Source: the human T2T-CHM13v2.0 reference genome, Homo sapiens
Assembly (NCBI RefSeq): GCF_009914755.1
Contig: NC_060925.1
DNA length: 64,000 bases
Direction: 5' to 3' (one strand)
Of the stretch, positions 37,688 to 52,934 are shown piece after piece. The first letter of the stretch is position 1, and every line of letters starts with the position of its first letter. The position numbers and the translations under genes were made by a program. A model generated the notes under the pieces. It saw nothing but the letters and a program-made list of their open reading frames with translations, ran no database searches and was not told the DNA's origin.

Positions 37688-38659
37688 TCAGGCTAGAGGT
37701 TTGTTGGTTTTATTAATCTTTTCATTGATTTCTTTCTTCTGTTTAATTTGGGTTTAGTTTGTTCTTTCCCCCCTAGCTTTTAAAGATAAAAGCTGAAGCT
37801 GTTGATTTGACATCTTTATCCATTTCTTTAAAAAATAATTAATAGCTAGTTTAATTAGTGACACAAAGAAAATAAATTGTGCCTCTTCAGCAGATAAGTC
37901 CTGATGACAAAAATCATGTAACATACATATGATTAAAAATTCAAACAAATGCTGACAGAAAAGAAAATTAGTATCCCTTCCTCTCCGCTTCCCATTGTCC
38001 CTCTCATAAAGAATAACCTCTCCTATTTACTTTTTAAAAAATTCTTAAGTTGATACATAATAATTGTATGTATTTATGGGGTGCATGGGATATTTTGATA
38101 CATGTATACATGTGTAATGATCAAATCAGAGTGTTTAACATACCCATCATCTCAAACATTTACCATTTCTTTGCGCTTGGTAACATTTCAAATCTTTTCT
38201 TCCAGCTATTTTGAAATATACAATATGTTAACTATAGTTACCCTGCTATAGTATTGAACACCAAACTTATTCCTTCTATCTAACTGTATGTTTTTATGCA
38301 TTAATATGGCCACACCACATTTTCTTTATTCATTTATCCATTGATGGACTTAGATTGATTCCATATGTTGGCTATTGTGACTAGTGCTATTGTTTTCCAT
38401 AATAGCTATACTAATTTACATTCCCATCAACAATGTATAAGAGTTCCATTTTCTACACAACTTCGCCAGCATTTGTTATGGTTTTTTTTTTTGATAGTAG
38501 TCATTTTAACTGGAGTAAGGTGATATCTCATTGTAGTTTTGATTTGCATTTCCTTGATGGCTAGTGATGTTGAACATTTTTTGATATACCTGTTGGTCAT
38601 TTGTATGTCTTCTTTTGGGAAATTTCTATTCATATCCTGTGCCGAGTTTTTAATGAGAT

Positions 38660-39259
38660 TTTTTTTTTTAATTTTTTTTGGCTGTAAGTTTATTTAATGC
38701 AAAATAATCCTCTCCAACTTTACTGAGGTGGCTGACCACCTCCACAACCAAATCTGCCTCTAAACTGGAATTCCGTCTCTGACCCAGCCCCAGCCTCAGC
38801 CTCAGCCTTCCTGTCGGCATCAGGGGGCACAGCAATCTGCCTGTAGGTATCTCTGTCGGCTTCCCCTCTTGTGAGTCTTGCAGGTCGCTCACCCTTCAGA
38901 CCTTTAGGCTGAGGCCTGCCAGTCTCAGAATGGCTGCGGCGTAGGGTGGCAGGCACAATCTCCGGGGCATATGAAGGTAATCACGGAGATACTGGATGCC
39001 CTCATTGGTAAGGTAGCAGTAGAGATGTCTCCAGGCAAACTGTACCTTCACTTAGCCTCGGGACTTGAGAGGCTGCATGGCCTTCATGACATGATGGTTG
39101 GGCACATTCTTGTCTGCCAGCTCCAGGTGCTTAGGCATGTGGACATCCTTCTTGGCCACCATGACTCTCTCCTTAAAAAGGAGTTCATAAATGGGAATCC
39201 AGTTCTTCTTAGGCATCAATATCTCGGCGGCTGTAGGGTAGGGGTCTGGGGCTGGAAAG
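38660..39259 (-). pseudogene. RPS10P8: Ribosomal protein S10 (eS10) processed pseudogene
   Basis: [30 protein letters not shown]...GEADRDTYR...TEFQFRG...GQPPQ; first ATG mutated to ATA (39222), premature TAA at 39052-39054, AATAAA at 38689-38694 then poly(A). The parent gene is clear; the pseudogene number is from memory. Confidence 0.93.
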
Positions 39260-39674
39260 CCCGCCCTCCGTCCCTTCCTTCCTTCCTTCCTTTTGCTGTT
39301 GTTTGAATTTCTTGTATTTTGTGGATATTAGGCCCTTACCAAATGAATAATTTGGAAATATTTTCTCCCATTCTGCAGATTGTCACTTCACTCTGTTGAT
39401 TGTTTCCTTTGCTGACCAAATAAAGCTTTTTAGTTTAAGATAGTCCCATTTGTCTTTGTTTTTGTTGCCTGTGCTTTTGGGGTCTTAGCCATAAAATCTT
39501 TGCCTAAACAATGTCCTGAAGCATTTCCCCTGTGTTTTCTTCTGGTGGTTTTATAGTTTCAGGTCTTACATTTAAGTCTTTATTCTGTTTTGATTTGATT
39601 TTTGTATATGGTGAGAGATAGGAATCTAGTCTTATTCTTCTGCATGTGGATAGCAAGTTTTCACAGCACCATAT

Positions 39675-40504
39675 TTTATTTTATTTTAGTGCATCATACT
39701 GTACTTGATTTATTGACATTAGTTAGTGATTTATTGGACAAAGGCCAAACCTTTTGTTTCTTATTAAGCACCTTCCACAGTACAAACTGTCATGAATAAT
39801 ATCTGTACAACTTAACAGTTTCAGTAGCTGTTCAGATACAAATTGATTTCAAACAGATAACTGGCAAACATAATTAAAGTCACAGTTAGACTACCCAAGT
39901 CTATAAACTTGGGTATAAAACTTGGCTATAAAACATTAGTATATCAGTAATTTACAGTGTTCAATTATGGTTGGTAAAATTAAGTTGGAGTATGGCTGGG
40001 AATTACTATTATAATCCCAGAAAGTCAGAAGTTTTTAGACACCAAAGCATCCTGCTATAAATTAGTAGGCACAATTTAAAGGTTGTATGCATATTCAAAG
40101 GCCATGATCTCTCGAGGAACTTGTATATTAAAAATGCAAAACAACAAAAAATATATTCATTCAGAAAGAATTTCCTTCTCCCCTCCCCCATTACTTCCCC
40201 TGGGCTCTCCTAACCTATCTGATATTAAAGCTGTAAGATAAGGCATGAATAAAGTTAAATGACTTTCACATCCACCTTAGAAATGAAGGCTTAGTTTTTA
40301 CGCTTTGAGACTCAACTTTTCAAAAGCAGAAATTAACTTAGTAAAATGTGAGAGGAGAAGATGTACTTTTAAAATAAGGAAAATAAAAAATGAAAAAGCA
40401 AAGCCAACCCAACAACCAAATCACATACACACACATTGATCCCACACTGTTTTCAATACAAAGGACAAAGTAGAGCCCAATGACCTTCCAAATAGTAGTA
40501 GAGC
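39675..40504 (-). pseudogene. 5'-truncated retrocopy of an unidentified mRNA 3'UTR inside an L1
   Basis: Non-L1, AU-rich, UTR-like 830 bp interrupting contiguous L1 sequence; degenerate poly(A) at about 39675-39688; AATAAA on the - strand near 39706-39711; TSD-like cagcaccatat / cagctccattt at 39664-39674 and 40505-40515. Confidence 0.7.
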
Positions 40505-42169
40505 CAGCTCCATTTATTGAACAGCATGTCCTGTCCCTAATGTATGTTCTTGTGCCTTTGTCAAAAATCGGTTGGCTGTGAATGTGGACTTATTTCTAGT
40601 TTCTCTCTCCTGGTCCGTGTGTCTGTTTTTATACAAATACTAGGACGTTTGCTTCCTACGGCTTTGTAGTATATTTTGAAGTCAGGTGGCGTGACGGGCC
40701 TCCAACTTTGTTCTGTCTGCTCAGTATTGCTTTGGCTATTTGGGGTCTTTTGTGGTTCCACACAAATTTTAGGATTGTTTTCTCTATTTCTGTGAAGACT
40801 GTCATTGGCATTTTGATAGCAGTTACATTGAATCTATATTTTGCTTTGGGTAGTATGGATATTTTAACAATATAATTCTTCCATTCCTTGCAGATGGGAT
40901 GTTTTTTCCATTTGTTTGTGTCATCTTCAATTTCTTTCAATAATGTTTTGCAGTTTTCCTTAGATATCTTTCACTCCCCTGGTTAAATTCATTCCTAGGT
41001 ATTTTATTTTTTTGTAGCTATTATAAATGGGATTGCTTTCTTGATTTCTTTTTCAGCTACCATGTTGTTGGTGTATAGAAATGCTTCTGACTTTTGCATG
41101 TTGACTGATTTTGTATCTTGCAACTTTACTGTGTTGATCAGTTCTGAGAGTTTTTGGTGGAGTCTCTACATTTTTCTAGATATAAGATCATGTAATCTTC
41201 AAAGAGGGGGCAATTAGACTTCCTCTTTTCTAATTCGGAAAACCTTTATTTCTTTCTCTTGCCTGATTGCTTTAGACAGAACTTCTAGCACTGTGTTGAA
41301 TAAGAGTGGTGAAAGAGAGCATATTTGTTTTGTTCCAGTTCTTGGAAGAAAGGCATTCAGCTTCTCCCCATTCAGTATAATGTTAGCTGTGGGTTTGTCA
41401 TATATGGCCTTTGTTATGTGGAAATATGTTCCTTCTATGCCTAATTTGTTGCCAGTATTTATTATGAAGGGATATTGAATTTTATCAAATGCTTTTTCTG
41501 CATCTATGGAGATGATCATATGGTTTTTTTTGTTTTTTATTCTGTTGATGTGATGTATCACATTTATTGATTAGCATATGTTTTATGTAGCAGGAGCTCC
41601 TGGGCTCATGATAGAATGATGGAATTTTAGATCACATGGAATTTTAAACATAATTACATTTTATAATCCTTTCAACCTAGAAGGAGATAATTATGAGAAA
41701 GATTAGATCAGTTATGAACAAAATAAAGAAACCATAATTTTCTTTGCAATTTGGCTATGATTTAAACACAACATACAATTTTCTGTGTAGCGTGTGAAAG
41801 GATGTGGAACACATTTGCTCCTATGGTAACATAAAAAAACCCCCACCCCTCAGATGTTATAAAACTCTTACTCATTTATGAAACTACTGAAGAATGGTAG
41901 TTGCAAGAAAAGTCCAGAAGGACTAATTTTCAGAGAGGGGAGCCCTTTGTGAGTGACCGTTAAGCACTGGCAGTTTGTGGAGGCAAAGGCGGAGAAGAAA
42001 GCCTGCCAAAGACTGAGATAGATGAGCTGTTGGCACTTTGGTGGCCAGGCAGGGACACTGGAGTCTAGAAGACTCCCAAATGCAGCAATAATATACTTAA
42101 CTCAGAAATGCTTTCTGGCGTCCCATTCCCATTTTACTGAGAATAGGGTGAGGCTAAAAAGCAGAAACA

Positions 42170-42575
<406 letters not shown>

Positions 42576-42655
42576 TCAAAAGGTAAAACGCAGGTCCAAG
42601 ACACACTAGGCTCCAGGATTGAACATTGATAAGATCAAAGACATTAGGCTTTGGA

Positions 42656-42964
<309 letters not shown>

Positions 42965-43185
42965 TTAGGCTTTGGTAGAATCAGCTGTGGCATCAGGAGG
43001 AAAGCCTAACCAGTGATGAATTCAATCTTAAAAATTGCTGCTTAGTTCAAGATTAACCTGATACTCAGTGAAATATGAATAATCACTTTCCTACTTTGGC
43101 AGCCACACATAGAAGAGATTGCGCATGCCCGGAAATAAAAACAAAGCAAAAGAGTTGCGTAAGTCAGTCTTCACTGTTATCCATG

Positions 43186-43269
43186 TACTACGTTCAGTAT
43201 ACCATAAAACATGACCACAGATGTAAATACTGTGTTCAGTATGACATAAAACATGACCACAGATGTAAA
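43186..43269. repeat. Tandem duplication, 2 x 42 bp
   Basis: tact..gttcagtat..cataaaacatgaccacagatgtaaa occurs twice. Confidence 0.9.
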
Positions 43270-43299
43270 AAAAAGGGACCCATAAGAAAATCAACAAAT

Positions 43300-46130
43300 C
43301 AAAAGCAACAAATTCACAGATAACCCAGACATTGGAACTGACAGAAAAGGATTTTAAAAACTAGTATTATAAATATATTTGGGAAATTATAAGATAAAAT
43401 GAATGGATGAATATATGAAGAATCTTGTAAAATAAATAAAAATTAGAAAAGAAACTCATAGAATGAATTCTGAAAAACAAAAACATACCTGGTGGCCTTA
43501 ACAGCAGAACAAGCAATGCAGAAGGAAGAGTCAATTGTCTTGAAGAAAGGTCAATAGAAATCATCCAAAATAAGACATAGAGAAAAAATACTGAAATATT
43601 TATAAATCTATACAGTGTCTACAACTTTTTAAAATAATAATTAGACTCGGGCAGAAATAATCTTTTAAGAAATAATGACCAAATTTTCCCCAAATTGAAA
43701 AATATTAATCTATAAGTTCAGAAATCCTAGTGAATTTCAAACAGAATAAATACAAAGAAACTATGCCATGGCATGTCATAGTCAAACTGCTGACAGAGCA
43801 AAGCATAGAGAAACTTTTCAGCATAGATAAGCTGCTGAAAACCAATGATAAGACAATTTTAAAAACAACCATGAAAAAAGACAGCACATCCAGGGGAACA
43901 ATGGGAAGAATGGCAATTGACTTCTTACTAGAAATGGAAGCCAGAGAAGAGGGAATAAAACACATCTTTAAATTACTAAGAACAAACAAGCAAGAAGAAA
44001 CAACCCATCAACTTAGAATTCTACTTGCAGCAAAAATATCCTTTACAAATAAAAGTGAAATAAAGACATTTTGAAAATGAAAATGAAAGTGCAGGGAATT
44101 TGTTGCCTGTAGACCTACTAAGAAATGCTAAAAGAAGTCTGTCAAGATGAAGAGAAATAATACAAGTTATAAACTCAGATATAAAAGAAGGATGGAAAAG
44201 AATTGAAAATAGTAAATAAGTGGAATACTTTATAATAATAAATTAATCAGTTCACAAAGAAGAAATAAAAATTATAAATGGCAATGCACTTAATAATAAC
44301 ATTTCAAAATTAATGATAAATAGATTAATAAAAACAAAGTAAAAATTAAATCACAAACATGGTTGGAGATTTTTAACACACCTTCTTTCAGCAACTGATA
44401 AACTGAACAGAAATCAATAAAGATATAGAAGATTTGAACAATACTACCAATCAATATGGCCTGATATACACCTATTGAACATTACATCTAATAACTTCTG
44501 AATATATGTGTTCTTTTCCTGCACACATAGGACATTTACCATGGTAGACCACATGCTGAGCCATAAAAAAGTCTAAATAAACATGAAAGAACTGAAATTA
44601 CTGAGTATGTTCTCTGATCACAATGGAATTGAATTTAGAATCAATAACAATAAGAAATCTAAAAAATACTCAAATATTTAAAAATTAAGCAACACAATTC
44701 TAAATATTTCATGGATTAGTAAAGAATTCAAAAAAGAAATTAGAAAACATTTTTAAATAAATGATAATAAAGATACAACGTATCGAATTATGTGAGACAC
44801 TTTAAACGTGGTGAAAACAGGAACTTCAGAGCTTCAAATATTAATGTTATAGAACAACAAGAAGGAATGTTTAATATCAGTGAGCTAACTTCCACCTTAA
44901 AAAGCAAGAACAAAAAGAGCAAAGTAAACCCAACATAAATAGGAGATAATAATAAAGATAAAGAAGAAATCAATAAAACAAAACAAACAATAGAGAAAAT
45001 AACGCCAAATGTTTAGTTTTGAGATTAATAAAATTGATAGCTTCCTAGCAAGAATGATCAAGAAAAAAGAGAAAAATAACAAATTACCAGTATTAACAAT
45101 AAAAAAGAATATTATAAAAAATCTTATTATTAAAGAGATAAGTTGAAAATTTAATGAAAAAATTTATACCAATATATTTGAAAATGTACTTTTAAATGAA
45201 AAAAATCCTTAATGAACTCAATTTACTGAAAGTGAGACAGAAAGAACATTTGAATAGCTCTATGATGATAATTTGTTATTAAAATAACAAATAAATAGTA
45301 AATAATAAGTACAATAAAGCAAAAATAAAATAATAAATAACAAATATTAACATATTTTGTTTTAAAAACCCCTCTTATAAAGAAAAAGCATCACCCAGAA
45401 GGCTTAGTGAATTCTATCAAACATTTAAAGGAGAAAAAATATCAATCTTACTTAAAATCTTACTTTAGGAAGATAGCATATTCCTAATACTGAAACTTTA
45501 TAAACAAATTACAAGAAAAGAAAATTCAGAATAATATTACTCATAAAGTTAGACACAAACATCTTTAAATAGTTTAATAAAATCTAGCAATATATAAAAG
45601 ATTATTAAATCATGATTATGTGGGGTTTATCACAGAAAAGATTGTCTTAATATTTGAAAATTAAAGTGTAATTAATCTCAATAATTTGCCGATACCTTAT
45701 TCCTATATTCTCCTATATTTTGTTCCTATATAATTCCTATATTCAAAATATAGGAGAATGTAGAGAATTATAGAAAAATAATCATGTGTTTATTTGAATG
45801 GATAAACAGAAGTTTCGAAACATTCAACATCTGTTTATGACAAAAAGCTACTAGTAAATTAGAAATAAAAAGGAATTTCCTCAATTTGACAAAAAGCAAC
45901 AACAAAAAGTTATAGCTAACATAACACTTAATGGTGATATTGTACACTTTTCTTATGTTGGGAACAAGGCAAGAATGTCTGTGCTCTGCATATCTATTCA
46001 GCACTGTACTGGATGTCCCAGTCTCATTAGTTAAGAATTAATTAGGCAAAGGCAAGAAGTTAAAGTCATAAACTGGAAAATAATAAGTCTACTACATTTA
46101 TTTGTAGGTGACATAATCATTGTCTATACA
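43300..46130 (+). mobile_element. Ancient L1M with ORF1 and ORF2 remnants
   Basis: ORF1-like PWHVIVKL...QLRIL.AAKISFTNKSEIKTF followed by degenerate endonuclease/RT sequence. Confidence 0.8.
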
Positions 46131-47091
46131 ACAAAGAACATTTAATTCCATTCTATGCTTTTTACTCAGTCCCTAGCCTGCATAATTAGTATACAATTTG
46201 CAAAGTTGGTAAGAGAACCAAATTAGCAATATGGTAATCCAATTCAGGACAAAGGACAATCATAGAAATTTGATTAGAAATGCATTAATGTGTTAACAAG
46301 CTACCTTTGCTCTATCTAAAACTTTAAATAAATATGAATAGCAGCAAAACCAACACAAACTATGATTTATAATGGATTATAATGGATAAAATGTCATATA
46401 GAAACATTGAAATCAATTTGGAAATCTGGAAAAATTGAATTTTTAAGAAATAATGGGTACAAAAGAAAACTCACAAATGCAAACCCTTTGTATAGGTGAA
46501 ATTCATATTTGATTCACCAATTAGTTTTTTTTTCACCATGAATATTTTTTTCATATTAAAAAGACTTGATGCTAATGAATATACTTTTAATACAACAAAG
46601 ATAAAATGAGAAAAACATTATTTAACTTTGGTTTTATAATAATTAACTTGGCTTAATGGAATTCATTTGGTATACTTTAATTTGGAGATTTAAGTTAACA
46701 GTGACTCCAGGAGGCTAGAGAAATTAGGATTTTTAGATTACAGATGCAATATGGAGATCTCATTTAACAATGACGGTAACTTTGAGATAAAATACGGGGG
46801 AAGTAGCCCAGAGGCAGCTAAAATTCTCCATATACAGTGAGGTCTTATCTACAAAGCTCCCCACATCAATATAGTTTACTTACAAGTACAAAATTGAGTT
46901 TGTCTGCTCTTCTGAAAGTGGTGAGTTAAGATAAGGGTCCCAACAGATGAACAGCTGTTACTGCAGGTGAGTGTTCTACATCAGGCACGGGATTTTCAAC
47001 TCATAACGGAGTGACGTTGAACCACATACAATATTATGAGGATTTTCCCTTGAAACCGTTAAGAGCTGTAACATGATGCTTGTGAATGTCA

Positions 47092-47105
47092 CCACTAGGT
47101 GGCAC
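47092..47105 (+). promoter_or_regulatory. CTCF motif candidate
   Basis: CCACTAGGTGGCAC fits the CTCF core CCASYAGRKGGCRS at every position, in sequence I do not recognise as repeat. Confidence 0.7.
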
Positions 47106-49069
47106 TGAAAGTTAAACAGTTATTGAACAGGCTGTGGAATATTGAAGTTTTCCTATGGAAAAAAATTTGATTTTTTATTTTGTGTCTATATATTCTTCAT
47201 TTGACCTTAAAACATAGCAGTAGCAGACATCTCTTGTACCGTGCCTTACACCTCAGCCCATTTGTTTTCCTCCAGCCCTTGGTGAGGCTCTTGGTTACAG
47301 AACCTCAGCTCAGCTCACTGCATATCCGCTGCTTTTTTGCACTAAGTCTTTATTCACAATGTGGTTGGGACACCTGTGAGAAGCTACTTAGCATTTATGA
47401 ATGCTCAAAACTGCAAGTGTGGGGGAATTAAGACCCAATGGGCAATCCGTGACTATTAGGGGATGGGAGTCAGGGCTTTGTGTTCCTTTCATACCCCTCA
47501 GGTGGACAATTCTGAGGCAAGATCTTCATTGCTCATCAGAGGATTCCGGCGAGGTCAGATCCAGTTTTCCATAGTGGCGACCAGCTTGATAGCACCACTC
47601 TATTGACTTTCTCTCCTTTCTTGTTTTATTCTTTCCAATATATTAGCCTTAGTATCTGATAACATGCCCCAAAGTAAAGTCATTTATAAAGCTCCCCACG
47701 TTAATATAGTTTACTTTGGCTTTCTCTCCTTTCCTGTTTTAGAGTCGGCTTCCTGTAAGAAACCCAAGCATAACCTACTACCCTGATAAAGAACATTTTC
47801 AGCACCCAGAACTCTCCTTCATGGCTCCTTTTCCCATTCAACGCTCTTTAAAAGAGAACTAATAATCTATTAGTTCTATTTTTGAACTTCACATTACTGG
47901 AATCTTGGCCAGTACTATTTTTTGTTTGCCTCCGTAATTTCTTTTTTCTTTTCTTTTTTTTTGAGACAGGGTCTCGCTCTGTGCAGTGGTGTGATCTTGG
48001 CTCACTTTAGCCTCAACCTCCCGAGTAGCTGGGATTACAGGTGGGTGCCACCACACCTGGCTAATTTTTGTATTTTTTGTAGAGATGGGGTTTCACCATG
48101 TTGCCCCAGCTTGCTTTCTTTCATTCAACGTTATTTCTGTGAGATTTATCCATGTTGTGGCATGTAGCAGTAGTTCACTCTTTTTCATTGTGGTGTAGTA
48201 TTCCATTATGTAAAATGTACCACAATTTATCCATTGTACTTGGGGTAGTCATTTGAATTGTTTCCAGATTTTAGCTATTTTTAATAATGTTGCTTTAAAT
48301 ACTTTTGTACACGTCTTTTTGTGAACATAAACACTCATGTCTTTTGTGAATAAACATAGAAATAAAATTGCTTGGTGATAGGTTAGAAATATTGCTTACA
48401 TTTAATAGATACTGGAGAACAGTTTTTCATAATGGTTACACCAGTTTTGCCTTCCATCTTTTCTGCATCCTTGCCAATATTTGGTGTTACTAACTCTTAA
48501 CTTTTGCCACTCTGATGGGAGTGTAGTGTATCTAATTGTTGTTTTAGTTCATATTTCCCTGTTGATGAATGGAACTTAACATGTTTTCATATGCAGTTAA
48601 ACCATTTGGATATATTCTTTTGTGAAATGCCTGTTTAGGTTTTTGGGTTTTTTTTTTGGGGTGGGGGGTGTCTATGTTTTCTTTATTTGAAGTTCTTTAT
48701 ATTTTGTGGGTACTAGTTCTTTGTTGGATACATGTATTGTGATTATATATCTATGTACATATTTTTTCTTTACCAATCTCTAGTTTTCCTTTTACTCTCT
48801 CAAAGCTATATTTTGATAAAAAGATTTTCTTCTTAATGGGATATAGTTTATTGACATGTTTCTTTATGGTAATTGTTATTTACTTGAGTAAATTATTTAC
48901 TCTTACGCCAAGGTTATGAAATATGCTCCTTTATCAGGGACTCTCAACTTAAGTGGGCATCAGAACCACCTGGAAGGCTTTTTAAAAATCATTGGGTCTG
49001 GAGTTTCTAATTCTTTGGTTCAGGGATAAATTCAGGAATTCGCATTTCTTACTATTCTCCAGATGATGG

Positions 49070-51540
<2,471 letters not shown>

Positions 51541-52934
51541 TATCTAGCAATTTGAGATTTGATGCTAAACATTATGAATTTTGTGTTGTTAAGCTCAAGA
51601 TTTTGTTTTCTTATTTTAAAGTGTTGGACTTTGTTATGGCATGCTGTTAAATTATTTAAGGATCAGATTGAGCTTTACAAGGCTTGTTTTGAAGCTTTAT
51701 TAGGGTAGGTGTAAAATAGTCTATTTTGAGGCTATGTCATCATATTACAAGTCATTATGATCTTGGAGTTATTATTGAATGCCCTGGCTATTCCATTAAG
51801 ACTCCCCACTCTAATTATTCAGAATTCAAAAATTTTCCTACTCTGTGTGAGTTCAGGGGATTTTGATTTTACAGCTCATGAAACCTTAGTCATTCTTTGC
51901 CATGCCTTGTGAAATTTTGTAGTATGTGTGGACAGCTTTGTATTTGTCAACAGACTCAAGGGAAGTCCTATGCAGTCTTTGTGTACCTAAGTGCCCCTTT
52001 TCTAGTACATTGTTTTACAAATTACAGCCACCACAGCCTCCCCAAACTCCCTCTCTATCTCCTTAACTCAGCATGCATGTCATGCTCTCTTTGAGACTCT
52101 TTGTCCTCCAACATAGTAGTCTGGAAAGTGCATCTGTGCATTGAACTACAGCTGTCACATGGCTGATTTTGTTTGTTTCTATTCGCTAATGGATCATGGT
52201 TAATATCTGAAAACAGTTGTTTCATATTTTTTGCCATTTCCTAGTTGTTTATAGTGGGAAGTTAAGTCCAGGTCTAATTAGTTCATCATGCTGTAAGCAG
52301 AATTCTGCATAAACTTTATAGGAGTAATTGGTGGCCAAAAAATCCTTTAGTTTTAAAAGCAACTATTTTTATCTTTTCTGTAGCTTTTAAATTCTCCTTT
52401 TTCTTAGCCATGTGATACTAAACTCTTGTGGTTTGAGTCTTTAAAGAGATATATATTTTGTCCTCTCAATTAAGGGGAAATATGACATTGGGCTTTATGA
52501 TGGCTTCAGTGATTGTTGTGCTCATGCATCCAAAGAAATGTGAATTTCTCATCCCTATCCAATGATGGGTATTTATATACAGGTACCTGCTGCTTCATTG
52601 TGGATGAAAACTGGAATTCATATGTGAAAAGGAAAGCGAATGAAGAAGGTAGAAAGTGAGAGGGAGAGGGAGAGAGATGGTTTAGTGGAAGAATTCGGAA
52701 TTTGTGTGACCAAACATATTGAACTTTGGTTCTTGACCTTTCATATGGGAATTTGTCAGTAGAGTGGAGGCAAGGAAAAGAAAGAAAAATCTGCTGTACT
52801 AGCTAAGACATATATTCCATTAAGAATAGAGTTTTGGTCCTTGTAAATTCATACATCTTTATATTCTCATATATTTTCATTTTGTTTTTCCTTTCTAGTT
52901 TTTCTGTAACTCTCATCAAATATCCTCAAATTTT

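Larger units (their letters stand above)
38040..41580 (-). mobile_element. 5'-truncated L1 (L1MA/L1PB age) hosting two retrocopies
   Basis: ORF2 peptides [28 protein letters not shown] and [14 protein letters not shown], plus 3'UTR. Confidence 0.9.

Noticed and set aside
43186-43269. Repeat pairs resembling a repeat-spacer array (also 57798-57849 and 54021-54069)
   Set aside because: Two-copy slippage duplications without unique spacers in human DNA; not CRISPR.
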